DNA from: Octopus vulgaris
Lineage: Eukaryota
Direction of reading: 5' to 3'
Assembly: GCA_951406725.2 (NCBI GenBank)
Contig: OX597814.1
Location: 167,710,001 to 167,774,000, forward strand
DNA: 64,000 bases
Part shown: piece by piece, positions 63,189 through 64,000 of the stretch
How positions within the stretch are numbered: the first letter of the stretch is position 1
How the letters are laid out: every line of letters begins with the position of its first letter
The notes under the pieces: model-generated
Seen by the model: only the letters and a program-made list of their open reading frames with translations
The model's database searches: none
Told to the model about the DNA's origin: nothing
Position numbers and translations under genes: made by a program

Positions 63189-64000
63189 CGTATATATAAA
63201 ATGTACTCTAAATTGCCAAACCTTCAGAAATTCAAACATTTTTAAAAATTCATTTTTCCATTTCTCAAATAGTATACAAAAAGAAATCAGCATGGTCAAT
63301 TTGATATATTGGTTTCACCACAGAATCAGCACTATTTGTTCTATATTGAAAATGTGTATGTGGGGAGTGTGTGGGTGGGGGGAATAGCTGTGAGCTAAAT
63401 GACAAGTTTTAGCAAGCACCTATCTTAGCTTGTAATTATCTAGCTACTACAATTGATCTAATCTTAATTTTTTTTTTACTTTATTTATAATATTTTGTTT
63501 TCCTTTTGGAACAGATCTAGACAAGATGGTAACATACATATAAAAACAAAAAGGATATGTGTTAAATAGAACAAATTTAAAAAAAAAAAGAAAGAAACAT
63601 GTAGTTTATGCCATCTTATTTCCTACAGGATTATCTTCTCAAATCGACTTGTTTGCAGGTTTTGCTTGAAAATAGAATGAAATAAATTGTTTTTATTAGA
63701 TCTGCTTTAAAGCTATTAATATTTTACTTTTTTATTATATTTATATAAATATAACTCTTATTCAAAATTAAATTGTAAAAGAATGTAAATCAGTTAAAAC
63801 TAAAGACGAGGTTGATACTAACTTGTTGGAAGAGACTTAACTAGCTAAACCCAAGTATTTTTTAAGCATATCAAGATTTAAAATAATGTAATTTTCCAAA
63901 GTAAAAGAAAAAAAATAACATGATAAATGTTATAAAAGGTATCGCAGTGGATGGGAAAATCTATTGAGATTGAACAAATATCCTTTTTTCTCTCTCTCTC

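Overview
AT-rich, repeat-dense animal DNA, probably intronic or intergenic; no host gene is securely recognisable. The mix of tRNA-SINEs, RTE/CR1/R4 LINEs, Penelope relics and huge (TA)n tracts looks like an octopus-type cephalopod genome (inference). The main feature is a young, compact, GC-rich Ty3/Gypsy LTR retrotransposon on the minus strand (32335-36557) with a GTTCC target-site duplication. It has gag, a -1 frameshift signal and PR-RT-RH-IN pol broken by one frameshift. Its primer-binding site lacks the usual TGG and is instead the exact complement of nt 1-12 of metazoan tRNA-Phe, suggesting priming by a 5' tRNA fragment. Other highlights are a tRNA-headed element with a hammerhead-like tail (12995-13304), a minimal hammerhead core (27505-27570), a large fold-back repeat (59836-60289), a decayed mariner, TTAA and TA MITEs, and many nested insertions. 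Most long ORFs in the supplied track are microsatellite artefacts. Boundaries of old repeats are approximate.
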